Positions 38,655-46,249 of a DNA stretch of 64,000 nucleotides are shown here, piece after piece (the first letter of the stretch is position 1; each line of letters starts with the position of its first letter). Position numbers and translations under genes: made by a program. Below the pieces are notes generated by a model. The model worked only from the letters and a program-made list of their open reading frames with translations. It was not told the origin of the DNA and did no database searches. Source of the DNA: Oscillospiraceae bacterium. GTDB lineage: Bacteria > Bacillota > Clostridia > Oscillospirales > Oscillospiraceae. Location: positions 292 to 64,291 of the forward strand of contig JAAWSV010000009.1 in the NCBI GenBank assembly GCA_022801715.1, read 5' to 3'.

Positions 38655-40076
38655 ATGTACCGCCTGCCCTTGACCCTGCGCAGTGGTGATGGTGCGCCGC
38701 TGTATGAACAGCTCTATTCCAGCATCCTCGGCCAGATCCGCGCCGGGGAGCTGCCCGCCGGGACCCGTCTGCCGGGAAAGCGGTCATTGTCCCAGCAGCT
38801 CTCTGTGGGGGTGAATACGGTGGACACCGCCTACCAGATGCTGGTGGCGGAGGGCTATTTGGAGGCACGGCCCCGCAGCGGCTTCTTCGTGCTGGAGACG
38901 GTGGAGACCGTGGCGCCGGGAGGGGCGGCGGCGGTGTCCATCCCTGAGGAGGCGTCCCCTCCCCCCTGCCGGTTTGATCTGTCCACTGGGTCGGTGGACA
39001 CGGAGCTCTTCCCCTTCCGCACTTGGGGGCGAATCCAGAAGGAGCTGCTCTACGATGCGCCGGAGCTTCTGAGCCACGGACCCCGGCAGGGAGAACGGGT
39101 CTTACGGCAGGCGGTGGGGGAGTATTTGGCCACCTACCGGGGGGTGGTGTGCAGCCCGGAACAGATTGTGGTGGGGGCGGGAACGGAGTACCTGCTGGGT
39201 CTGGTGGCCCATCTGCTCCAAGGGCAGACGGCGGCGGTGGAGAATCCGGGGTACCAGAGACTGTCCACCATCCTGCAGAATAACGGCGTGGTCTGCCGCT
39301 TTGTGGACATCGACAGCGCCGGCCTCAGCCTGGAGGCCTTGGAGCGGAGCGGGGCGGAGCTGTGCTGTGTCACCCCCAGCCACCACTTCCCTACCGCTGT
39401 CACCATGCCCGCCGGCCGGCGAAGCCAGCTTCTCCGCTGGGCGCGGGAGCGGCCAGGGCGGTACATCATCGAGGATGACTATGACGCAGAGTTTCGCTTT
39501 GACACCCGTCCCCTGCCCAGCTTGCAGGGCATGGGGGGACAGCTGGGGCCGGTGATTTACCTCTCCACCTTTTCCAAGAGTTTGGCGCCCAGCATCCGTG
39601 TTGCCTGTATGGTGCTGCCGCCGGAGCTGTTAGAGCGGTACCGGGAGACCTACGGCAGCTACGCCAACACCGTGAGCCGCTTTGAGCAGCAGACCCTGTA
39701 CCGCTTCATGGAGGGCGGATACTTTACCCGCCACCTCTCCCGGATGCGCAGCGCCTACAAGGCCCGGATGGAGCGGCTTTGTGAGGCCCTCAGCACCACC
39801 TTGGGGCCGGAGAATATCCACCTGCAGGGCCGTCACACAGGGCTTCACCTGCTGCTGACGCTGAAAACCGGCCTCAGTGAGGAGGAGATGGTGCGCCGGG
39901 CCGGCGAGGCCGGGGTGGGGCTGCAGGGGCTCAGTGCCTATTACATGGAGCACCGGTCAACCTGCCCGGCGAGTACGGTAATCTTAGGGTATGCGGCCCT
40001 CCGGGACGCCGACATCCCGCCGCTGGCCGGCGTGCTGCGGGAGGCGTGGCAGAGGCGGGATGTCGGCTCCCGCTGA
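38655..40076 (+). CDS. MocR/GabR/PdxR-family PLP-dependent transcriptional regulator
   Basis: 473 aa. GntR-type wHTH (LPGKRSLSQQLSVGVNTVDTAYQMLVAEGYL) fused to a fold-type I aminotransferase-like domain (YLSTFSKSLAPSIRVA with the PLP lysine). Confidence 0.9.
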   Translation: MYRLPLTLRSGDGAPLYEQLYSSILGQIRAGELPAGTRLPGKRSLSQQLSVGVNTVDTAYQMLVAEGYLEARPRSGFFVLETVETVAPGGAAAVSIPEEASPPPCRFDLSTGSVDTELFPFRTWGRIQKELLYDAPELLSHGPRQGERVLRQAVGEYLATYRGVVCSPEQIVVGAGTEYLLGLVAHLLQGQTAAVENPGYQRLSTILQNNGVVCRFVDIDSAGLSLEALERSGAELCCVTPSHHFPTAVTMPAGRRSQLLRWARERPGRYIIEDDYDAEFRFDTRPLPSLQGMGGQLGPVIYLSTFSKSLAPSIRVACMVLPPELLERYRETYGSYANTVSRFEQQTLYRFMEGGYFTRHLSRMRSAYKARMERLCEALSTTLGPENIHLQGRHTGLHLLLTLKTGLSEEEMVRRAGEAGVGLQGLSAYYMEHRSTCPASTVILGYAALRDADIPPLAGVLREAWQRRDVGSR

Positions 40077-40176
40077 GGGGAGTGCTTCGGTGAAAAAAAC
40101 CATTGCATGGCGGGGCGGGAGCTGATAAAATAGAAAAACCACGAAAAACAGCGAAAAATCCGCCGGAGGTGTTGCT

Positions 40177-40671
40177 ATGCAGCGTATCAGCAAGGAAAAC
40201 TACTACTTGGACATTGCCCAGACTGTCATTGAGCGGGCCACCTGCCTGCGGCGGTGCTATGGGGCGATTATTGTCAAAAATGATGAGATCATCTCTACCG
40301 GCTACAACGGCGCCCCCCGAGGCCGGCGGAACTGCGTGGACTTGGGTTACTGCACCAGAGCCGCGCTGAAAATCCCCTCCGGACAGCGGTATGAGCTGTG
40401 CCGCAGTGTCCACGCCGAGGCCAACGCCATCATCTCCGCCGCCCGGCGGGACATGGTGGGGGGTACGCTGTACTTGGCCGGGAAGGACGCTGCCACCGGG
40501 GAGGTGCTGGGGGACGCCACCTCCTGCTCCATGTGCCGGCGTCTGATTATCAACGCGGGCCTTGAGAAAGTGGTGATCCGCAACACGCCCACCGAGTACA
40601 GCGTGGTGGATGTGAAGCGGGACTGGGTAGACGAGGACGACACCCTTCCCGAGACGCTGGGGGAGGCGTAA
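40177..40671 (+). CDS. dCMP deaminase (ComEB-like)
   Basis: 164 aa. Zinc motifs HAEANAI and CSMCRRLIINAG, plus NYYLDIAQTVIERATC. Confidence 0.88.
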   Translation: MQRISKENYYLDIAQTVIERATCLRRCYGAIIVKNDEIISTGYNGAPRGRRNCVDLGYCTRAALKIPSGQRYELCRSVHAEANAIISAARRDMVGGTLYLAGKDAATGEVLGDATSCSMCRRLIINAGLEKVVIRNTPTEYSVVDVKRDWVDEDDTLPETLGEA

Positions 40672-40719
40672 GGCCCTTTTCCGCCTCCTTGGCACACCAA
40701 TAGCAGACCATCACCATAA

Positions 40720-40758
40720 AATGGGGTGTGGCAGAGTGATTCTCTGCCGCACCCCATT
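40720..40758 (+). terminator. 17-bp hairpin after the dCMP deaminase gene
   Basis: AATGGGGTGTGGCAGAG tgatt CTCTGCCGCACCCCATT (one G-T pair). The T-tract is weak. Confidence 0.55.
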
Positions 40759-40782
40759 CTGCTTGACGTGAAGGAGCTGTCT

Positions 40783-41814
40783 ATGAAACGTTATCAAGCT
40801 ACTGATTGGGAGCAGTACTGCCGGAGCTGCTGTCCTCCGCCCTGCCCCCCGGGGCCGCCGCCCTGTCCTCCCGGGCCGCCGCCCCGCCCGCCTCATCCGC
40901 CGCGGCCGCCCCATCCGGTACCGCCCATGCCGCCCCGTCCGGGTGTGATGGGCCCCACAGGCCCCACCGGTCCGACCGGCCCCACTGGCCCTGCCGGTGC
41001 GGGGCTGGACAGTGTGGCCCCCTTTGTTCCCGGTGCCTACTACGCCATGGGGGATCTTGTCTACTATGACGGCAGTCTCTACCGCGCCAACCGCAATGGC
41101 GCGGCAGGGGTCCCCGGTACTTCCCCGGATTTTGATTTGGTGACTGTGACAGGGCCCCAAGGCCCCACCGGGCCTATGGGTCCCATGGGCCCGGCCGGCG
41201 CCACCGGTGCGACTGGTGCCCCGGGTGCCACAGGTGCAACAGGTGCGGTGGGCCCCACCGGTCCTGTCGGCCCTGCTGGTGCTGCCGGCGCTACCGGCCC
41301 CGCCGGTGCGATAGGCCCCACCGGCCCTGCTGGTGCGGCTGGTCCCGCTGGTGCAGAAGGTCCTACTGGCCCCGCCGGTCCTGCTGGTGCGGCAGGCCCC
41401 GCTGGTGCGGAGGGCCCCACCGGCCCCGCCGGCCCTGCTGGTGTAGCAGGCCCCGCCGGTGCGGAGGGCCCCACCGGCCCCGCTGGCCCTGCTGGTGCAG
41501 CAGGCCCCGCCGGTGCGGAGGGCCCCACCGGCCCCGCCGGCCCTGCTGGTGCGACTGGCCCCGCCGGCGCAGAGGGTCCTACCGGTCCCGCCGGCCCTGC
41601 TGGTGCGGCAGGCCCCGCTGGCGCGGAGGGTCCTACCGGCCCCGCTGGCCCTGCTGGCCCTATTGGCCCCACCGGTCCTACTGGGCCTGCCGGTACCATC
41701 ACACCGGGACCCGCTATAGCGGACTTGGAGCCTTCCGCAGACCTGGGCGCCATCGTGACGGAGATCAATCAGCTCTTAGCTGCTCTCCGGGCTGCTGGCA
41801 TTATTGCAACCTGA
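40783..41814 (+). CDS. Collagen-like triple-helix repeat protein with Cys/Pro-rich N-terminus
   Basis: In-frame ATG 40783 after [37 protein letters not shown], a short G-X-Y run (40942-41004), a ~50-aa aromatic-rich globular insert ([21 protein letters not shown]), about 60 uninterrupted G-X-Y triplets (41152-41694) and a 39-aa C-terminal tail. Confidence 0.85.
   Translation: MKRYQATDWEQYCRSCCPPPCPPGPPPCPPGPPPRPPHPPRPPHPVPPMPPRPGVMGPTGPTGPTGPTGPAGAGLDSVAPFVPGAYYAMGDLVYYDGSLYRANRNGAAGVPGTSPDFDLVTVTGPQGPTGPMGPMGPAGATGATGAPGATGATGAVGPTGPVGPAGAAGATGPAGAIGPTGPAGAAGPAGAEGPTGPAGPAGAAGPAGAEGPTGPAGPAGVAGPAGAEGPTGPAGPAGAAGPAGAEGPTGPAGPAGATGPAGAEGPTGPAGPAGAAGPAGAEGPTGPAGPAGPIGPTGPTGPAGTITPGPAIADLEPSADLGAIVTEINQLLAALRAAGIIAT
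41341..41664 (+). repeat. Tandem 54-bp repeat (about 6 units) inside the collagen-like gene
   Basis: Unit encodes [18 protein letters not shown]. Units start at 41341, 41395, 41449, 41503, 41557 and 41611 and differ only by synonymous or near-synonymous changes. Confidence 0.85.
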
Positions 41815-41847
41815 TCCCACCTAACAGGCTTAGCCTGTCGGAAAGCT

Positions 41848-41880
41848 GGGGGACCGCCACAGAGCGGTCCCCCGCTTTTC
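41848..41880 (+). terminator. Intrinsic terminator of the collagen-like gene
   Basis: GGGGGACCGC cacaga GCGGTCCCCC followed by GCTTTTCC. Confidence 0.75.
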
Positions 41881-41900
41881 CCTATAGAAAGGAGTGTCGT

Positions 41901-42986
41901 ATGACAAAACCTCGCATCTGCGTCTATGCCATTGCCAAAAATGAGGAGCAGTTTGTGGATCGCTGGATGGATGCCATGTCCGAGGCGGACCACATTGTTG
42001 TACTGGACACCGGCTCCAGCGATGCCACTGTGGAGCACCTGCGCCGCCGGGGAGCGGAGGTGACAGTGGAGGAGATCGTCCCTTGGCGCTTTGATACCGC
42101 CCGAAACCGCTCCTTGGAACTGGTGCCCCAAGAGATGGATCTCTGTGTCTGCACCGACTTGGACGAGGTGTTTCACCCCGGCTGGCGGGCCGCGATAGAT
42201 GGGGCTTGGGACAGCGGTGTCAGCCAGATGAGCTACCGCTACACTTGGAGTTTTACCGAAGACGGCCGGGAGGGCGTGGTATTCTGGCCGGAGAAGATCC
42301 ACAGCCGCCAGGGCTGGCGGTGGGTCCACCCGGTCCATGAGGTGCTCCAGTGGGTGGGACCGGGGACGCCGGGGCGCAAGGTCGCCGTCCAAGGTGTCCA
42401 GCTGGACCATCACCCGGACCCCAGCAAATCCCGCGGGCAGTATTTGCCGCTGCTGGAACTCTCTGTGGCCGAGGATCCGGAGGATGACCGGAATCTGCAC
42501 TACTTGGGCCGGGAATACCTCTACTACGGCCAGTACGACCGGTGCATCGAGACGCTGCAGCGGCATCTGAGCCTGCCCAAGGCCCGCTGGGCTGATGAGC
42601 GGGCCGCCTCCATGCGCTACATCGCCCGGGCCCTGACGGAGAAGGGGGAGCGGAGAGCCGCCCGGGGCTGGTACCTCCGGGCGGTGGCTGAGGCCCCCCA
42701 CCTGCGGGAACCCTACATAGACTTGGCCATGCTTCTCTATCAGGAGGAGGCTTGGGAGGGGGTGCTGTATTTTACCGATTGCGCCCTGTCCCTGCGGGAG
42801 CGGCCCGGCAGCTATATCTGTGAGGCGGCGGCGTGGGGAAGCCTGCCCTATGATCTGCAGGCGATGGCGTTTTGGCATACCGGGAGAACGCGGGAGGCCC
42901 TTCAAGCGGCGGAGGCGGCGCTGGAACTGGAACCGGGAAATGAAAGGCTGCGGGCAAATGTGGAGGTAATCAGGGAAAAGGTATAG
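41901..42986 (+). CDS. Glycosyltransferase (GT2-like N-terminal domain) with TPR-like C-terminal repeats
   Basis: 361 aa. ICVYAIAKNEEQFVDRWMDAMSEADHIVVLDTGSSD and CTDLDEVF (DxD-like). The C-terminal half is helical-repeat-like (HYLGREYLYYGQYDRCIETLQRHL, AMAFWHTGRTREALQAAEAALELEPGN). Confidence 0.7.
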   Translation: MTKPRICVYAIAKNEEQFVDRWMDAMSEADHIVVLDTGSSDATVEHLRRRGAEVTVEEIVPWRFDTARNRSLELVPQEMDLCVCTDLDEVFHPGWRAAIDGAWDSGVSQMSYRYTWSFTEDGREGVVFWPEKIHSRQGWRWVHPVHEVLQWVGPGTPGRKVAVQGVQLDHHPDPSKSRGQYLPLLELSVAEDPEDDRNLHYLGREYLYYGQYDRCIETLQRHLSLPKARWADERAASMRYIARALTEKGERRAARGWYLRAVAEAPHLREPYIDLAMLLYQEEAWEGVLYFTDCALSLRERPGSYICEAAAWGSLPYDLQAMAFWHTGRTREALQAAEAALELEPGNERLRANVEVIREKV

Positions 42987-43064
42987 GGGGCGGCAGCGGC
43001 GCACTCCGCAGCATGTCCCAAAACCAGCACTTTCATAAAACTCCGGCAATTTGGAGAAAATCCC

Positions 43065-43095
43065 TTGACATGGAGTGCACTCCAAGGTGTAAGAT
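43065..43095 (+). promoter_or_regulatory. MerR-type promoter with 19-nt spacer and palindromic operator
   Basis: TTGACA (43065-70), a 19-nt spacer containing the perfect palindrome TGGAGTGCACTCCA (43071-84), then TAAGAT (43090-95). Confidence 0.7.
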
Positions 43096-43164
43096 AGAAC
43101 CAATAGCGCAGATAATGCCCGGAATTGACCAAAAATGGAATCTTTCAAAGGGAGGAACCCAACT

Positions 43165-44046
43165 ATGACAAAGGCAAAGGTCTATTTCAGCAAGGAAATC
43201 ACCCCTGAGAGCCTCATCAAAATCTACGACGCCTTGGGTGTCACACTGAAGGGCAAGGTGGCGGTGAAACTGTCCACCGGGGAGAAGGGGAACCACAACT
43301 TCCTCCAGCCCGCTCTGATCGCCGCGCTGGTCAAAAAGCTGAATGGTACCATCGTGGAGTGCAACACCGCCTACGCCGGCGCCCGGGATACCAACGAGGC
43401 CCACTGGCAGCTCATCCGCGACCACGGCTTCGCCGCCATCGCCCCCTGCGACCTGATGGACGAGGAGGGGGACATGTCCCTGCCGGTGGCTGGAGGCTTC
43501 CATCTGAAGGAGAACTTCGTGGGCAAAAACCTATCTAATTACGATTCCATGCTGATGCTCTCCCACTTCAAGGGCCATCCCATGGGGGGCCTTGGCGGGG
43601 CGCTGAAGAACATGTCCATCGGCGTGGCCAGCGGCCGGGGCAAGGCATGGATTCACACCGCCGGTCAGGCGGATGCCGGCTTTGAGAACATCATGAATGC
43701 CGACCACGACTCCTTCCTCCGCTCCATGGCCGACGCGGACAGGGCGGTGATAGATTACATGGGTGCGGAGAACATCGTCTATATCAACGTAGCCAACCGC
43801 CTCAGTGTGGACTGCGACTGCTGCGCGGTGGCGGCGGAGCCGGAGATGATGGACATCGGCATCTTCGCCTCCTTGGACCCGGTGGCCATTGACCAAGCCT
43901 GCGTAGACGCGGTATACGCCTCCCCCGACCCGGGCAAGGCGGCCCTCATCCAGCGCATGGAGTCCCGCAACGGTATCCTCACCATCCAGTCTGCCGAGAA
44001 GCTGGGCTTGGGGAGCAGGGAGTACGAGATCGTAAGCCTCGACTGA
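43165..44046 (+). CDS. DUF362 domain protein
   Basis: In-frame ATG 43165 after GGGAGG. KVYFSKEITPESLIKIYDAL...VKLSTGEKGNHNFLQP...ECNTAYAGARDT...LSHFKGHPMGGLGGALKNMSIG is DUF362-like. Confidence 0.75.
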   Translation: MTKAKVYFSKEITPESLIKIYDALGVTLKGKVAVKLSTGEKGNHNFLQPALIAALVKKLNGTIVECNTAYAGARDTNEAHWQLIRDHGFAAIAPCDLMDEEGDMSLPVAGGFHLKENFVGKNLSNYDSMLMLSHFKGHPMGGLGGALKNMSIGVASGRGKAWIHTAGQADAGFENIMNADHDSFLRSMADADRAVIDYMGAENIVYINVANRLSVDCDCCAVAAEPEMMDIGIFASLDPVAIDQACVDAVYASPDPGKAALIQRMESRNGILTIQSAEKLGLGSREYEIVSLD

Positions 44047-44059
44047 CAACCGAATGAGA

Positions 44060-44182
44060 AATTAGGAATTAGAAATGCAGGAGAGGAATTAGGAATGGTT
44101 GTGTTCCGCCTTTGGCGGAACGATTTGAAACTGTCTGGCGGAATACAATCCATTCCTTCTTTTTCTAAAAATATTCCTAATT
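44060..44182. repeat. Imperfect inverted-repeat structure bounded by AATTAGGAAT / ATTCCTAATT
   Basis: The left arm AATTAGGAATTAGAAATGCAGGAGAGGAATTAGGAATGG pairs with the right arm CCATTCCTTCTTTTTCTAAAAATATTCCTAATT. The ends and the GGAATGG/CCATTCC inner ends match. The arms enclose hairpin GTTCCGCC ttt GGCGGAAC (44102-44120). Confidence 0.6.
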
Positions 44183-44198
44183 TGAAAGGGAGGAAGCT

Positions 44199-45347
44199 AT
44201 GAATTACCGTACATTAGGCCGTACCGGGCTTTCCGTCAGCGAGATCGGCATGGGGTGCGAGGGCTTTGTGGGCAAGAGTGCTGATGAGGTCCGCTTGCTG
44301 GTGGACGCGATGGAGCGTTTTGGTGTCAACTGCATCGACCTGTACAGCCCCGATCCGGAGCTGCGCCGGAATCTGGGGGAGGCGCTGAGGGGCCGGCGGG
44401 AGAAGTTTGTCCTCCAGACACACCTTTGCAGTGTGTGGAGGGATGGACAGTATAAGCGGACACGGGACATGGACGAGGTGAAGACCGGCTTTGCCGACGC
44501 CCTGCGCCTGCTGGGCACCGACCGTGTGGAGATCGGCATGATCCATTACTCCGACGCGCTGGACGACTGGCGCTCCATTGAGAGCGGGCCGGTTTTGGCC
44601 TATGCCAAGGAGCTGAAGGCGGCGGGGGTTATCGGACATATCGGCCTCTCCAGCCACAATCCAGAGGTGGCTCTGGCCGCTGTGGAGAGCGGGGACATTG
44701 ACGTGTTGATGTTCAGCGTGAACCCCTGCTACGACCTCCAGCCCGCGGGTGAGGACGTGGAGGAGCTGTTTAAGGAGCAGAACTACCGGCAGGAGCTGGT
44801 GAACATGGACCCCCAGCGGCAGACCCTCTATGAGACCTGCCAGCGCCTTGGGGTGGGCATCACGGTGATGAAGGCCTTCGGCGGCGGGGATCTCCTCAGC
44901 GACACCCTGTCCCCGGCGGGACGGGCCATGACGCCCTATCAGTGCCTCCACTACGCCCTCACCAGGCCGGCGGTGGCCTCCATCATGTGTGGCGCCAGGA
45001 CCTTGGCGGAGCTGGAGGACTGCGCCGGCTACGAGACCGCGCCGGAGGAGGAGCGGGACTACGCCGCCGCCTTCGCCGCCCTGCCGAAGATCAGCTGGCA
45101 GGGCCACTGCATGTACTGCGGCCACTGTGCCCCCTGCCCGGTGGGGATCAGCGTGGCGGAGGTGACCAAGTTCCTGAACCTCTCCCGGGCCCAGGGGAGC
45201 GTGCCGGAGACCGTGCGGGAGCACTACGCCCTGCTGCCCCATACCGCCTCGGAGTGCCTGTTCTGCGGCCAGTGTGAGGAGCGGTGCCCCTTTGGCGTGC
45301 CGGTGGTGGAGAACATGCGCCAAGCGGCAGAGCTCTTTGGAAGGTAG
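44199..45347 (+). CDS. Aldo/keto reductase fused to a 2x[4Fe-4S] ferredoxin-like C-terminus
   Basis: 382 aa. MNYRTLGRTGLSVSEIGMGCEGF, GHIGLSSHN, and C-terminal CMYCGHCAPCP and CLFCGQCEERCP cluster motifs. Confidence 0.85.
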   Translation: MNYRTLGRTGLSVSEIGMGCEGFVGKSADEVRLLVDAMERFGVNCIDLYSPDPELRRNLGEALRGRREKFVLQTHLCSVWRDGQYKRTRDMDEVKTGFADALRLLGTDRVEIGMIHYSDALDDWRSIESGPVLAYAKELKAAGVIGHIGLSSHNPEVALAAVESGDIDVLMFSVNPCYDLQPAGEDVEELFKEQNYRQELVNMDPQRQTLYETCQRLGVGITVMKAFGGGDLLSDTLSPAGRAMTPYQCLHYALTRPAVASIMCGARTLAELEDCAGYETAPEEERDYAAAFAALPKISWQGHCMYCGHCAPCPVGISVAEVTKFLNLSRAQGSVPETVREHYALLPHTASECLFCGQCEERCPFGVPVVENMRQAAELFGR

Positions 45348-45356
45348 GGGCGCGAC

Positions 45357-45713
45357 ATGACCATTGCGGAGGTAAGCCGGCGCTACGGCCTCACCGCCGA
45401 CACTCTGCGCTACTACGAGCGCATCGGCCTGATCCCTCCGGTGCCCCGGAGCAGCGGCGGCGTCCGGTGCTACGACGAGGTCTCCTGCCGGTGGGTGGAG
45501 CTGATGAAGTGCATGCGTGCTGCCGGGGTGCAGATTGACGCGCTGATCGACTATGTGGCCCTGTACCAGCGGGGTGCAGAGACGCTGGAGGCCCGGAAGA
45601 ACCTCCTGATCGAGCAGCGCCGTCAGCTCCAGGCGCGTATGGCGGAGATGCAGGAGTCCTTGGAGCGGCTGGACTACAAAATCGAACTGTACGAGCAGGG
45701 CAAGATGAAATAG
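45357..45713 (+). CDS. MerR-family regulator (AdhR/NmlR-like)
   Basis: 118 aa. MTIAEVSRRYGLTADTLRYYERIGLIPPV HTH, the conserved Cys in ELMKCMRAAG and a C-terminal coiled coil. Confidence 0.88.
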   Translation: MTIAEVSRRYGLTADTLRYYERIGLIPPVPRSSGGVRCYDEVSCRWVELMKCMRAAGVQIDALIDYVALYQRGAETLEARKNLLIEQRRQLQARMAEMQESLERLDYKIELYEQGKMK

Positions 45714-45724
45714 GGCGCAAAAAA

Positions 45725-45754
45725 GCGGAGACGGCAGTGCCGCCTCCGCTTTTG
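45725..45754 (+). terminator. Intrinsic terminator after the MerR gene
   Basis: GCGGAGACGGC agt GCCGCCTCCGC (one mismatch) followed by TTTT. Confidence 0.8.
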
Positions 45755-45864
45755 ACAGTCCCAATTTGAATCTTGGGCAAGCCACCCCACCCTGTATAGG
45801 GGGCAAAAGTTCCCTTTCACCCCCAAATTTTTTACGGTGAGGGAATTTTTAGCGGAATTGTACA

Positions 45865-45893
45865 TTGACAGGAGGGGAAAAATCAGGTATATA
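45865..45893 (+). promoter_or_regulatory. Near-consensus sigma-A promoter
   Basis: TTGACA (45865-70), 17-nt spacer, TATATA (45888-93). Confidence 0.65.
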
Positions 45894-45899
45894 TGAACC

Positions 45900-46249
45900 T
45901 GTACAAAGGGAGTAGCCTGCACAGGCCCGTCTGTGTTTGCCAAGCCGTCAGTACGGTCGATAGACCCGGCTTTGTGAGTAAGTGGCGAGACTTTGTCGTT
46001 CTCTGGAGATCGCGGAATCAAATGAATCAAGCGTATCTTGCGTGGAGGCCCTCTGGCAGCGCAGTATCATGGAATTCCCCGCAGCTTCTGTGATACTGCC
46101 GTGCAGTCGCACGCAAAAGGCCCTAAACACGCCGCATTGATTTGGTTCCACATCTTTCCGGGCGGCAAGGTCTCGCCTTTTTCGGCCCTTTTACAATCCA
46201 CCGCTTTGGGAAAGAATACGGTTATACAGAGAAATAAAGGAGGCATGAC
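45900..46249 (+). other. Long (~350 nt) lower-GC leader or candidate structured RNA upstream of the Na/Pi cotransporter gene
   Basis: Starts just after the promoter at 45865-45893. Contains hairpin GCAGTATCA-N18-TGATACTGC (about 46061-46096). GGCGAGAC (about 45994-46001) is complementary to GTCTCGCC (about 46170-46177). No convincing ORF. Confidence 0.3.

Noticed and set aside
41079-41768. 229-aa minus-strand ORF and 86-87-aa plus-strand ORFs overlapping the collagen-like gene.
   Set aside because: They are alternative-frame or antisense readings of the GGN-CCN-rich G-X-Y repeat (poly PAGPVGP). Only the 40783 frame has an RBS, a non-repetitive N-terminus and a C-terminus.
45893-46093. 66-aa ORF starting inside the -10 element of the promoter at 45865-45893, and the 118-aa minus-strand ORF 45674..46030.
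   Set aside because: There is no RBS, the start overlaps the promoter, and the composition is Cys/Trp/Arg-rich and non-protein-like. The region is better treated as untranslated leader or RNA.
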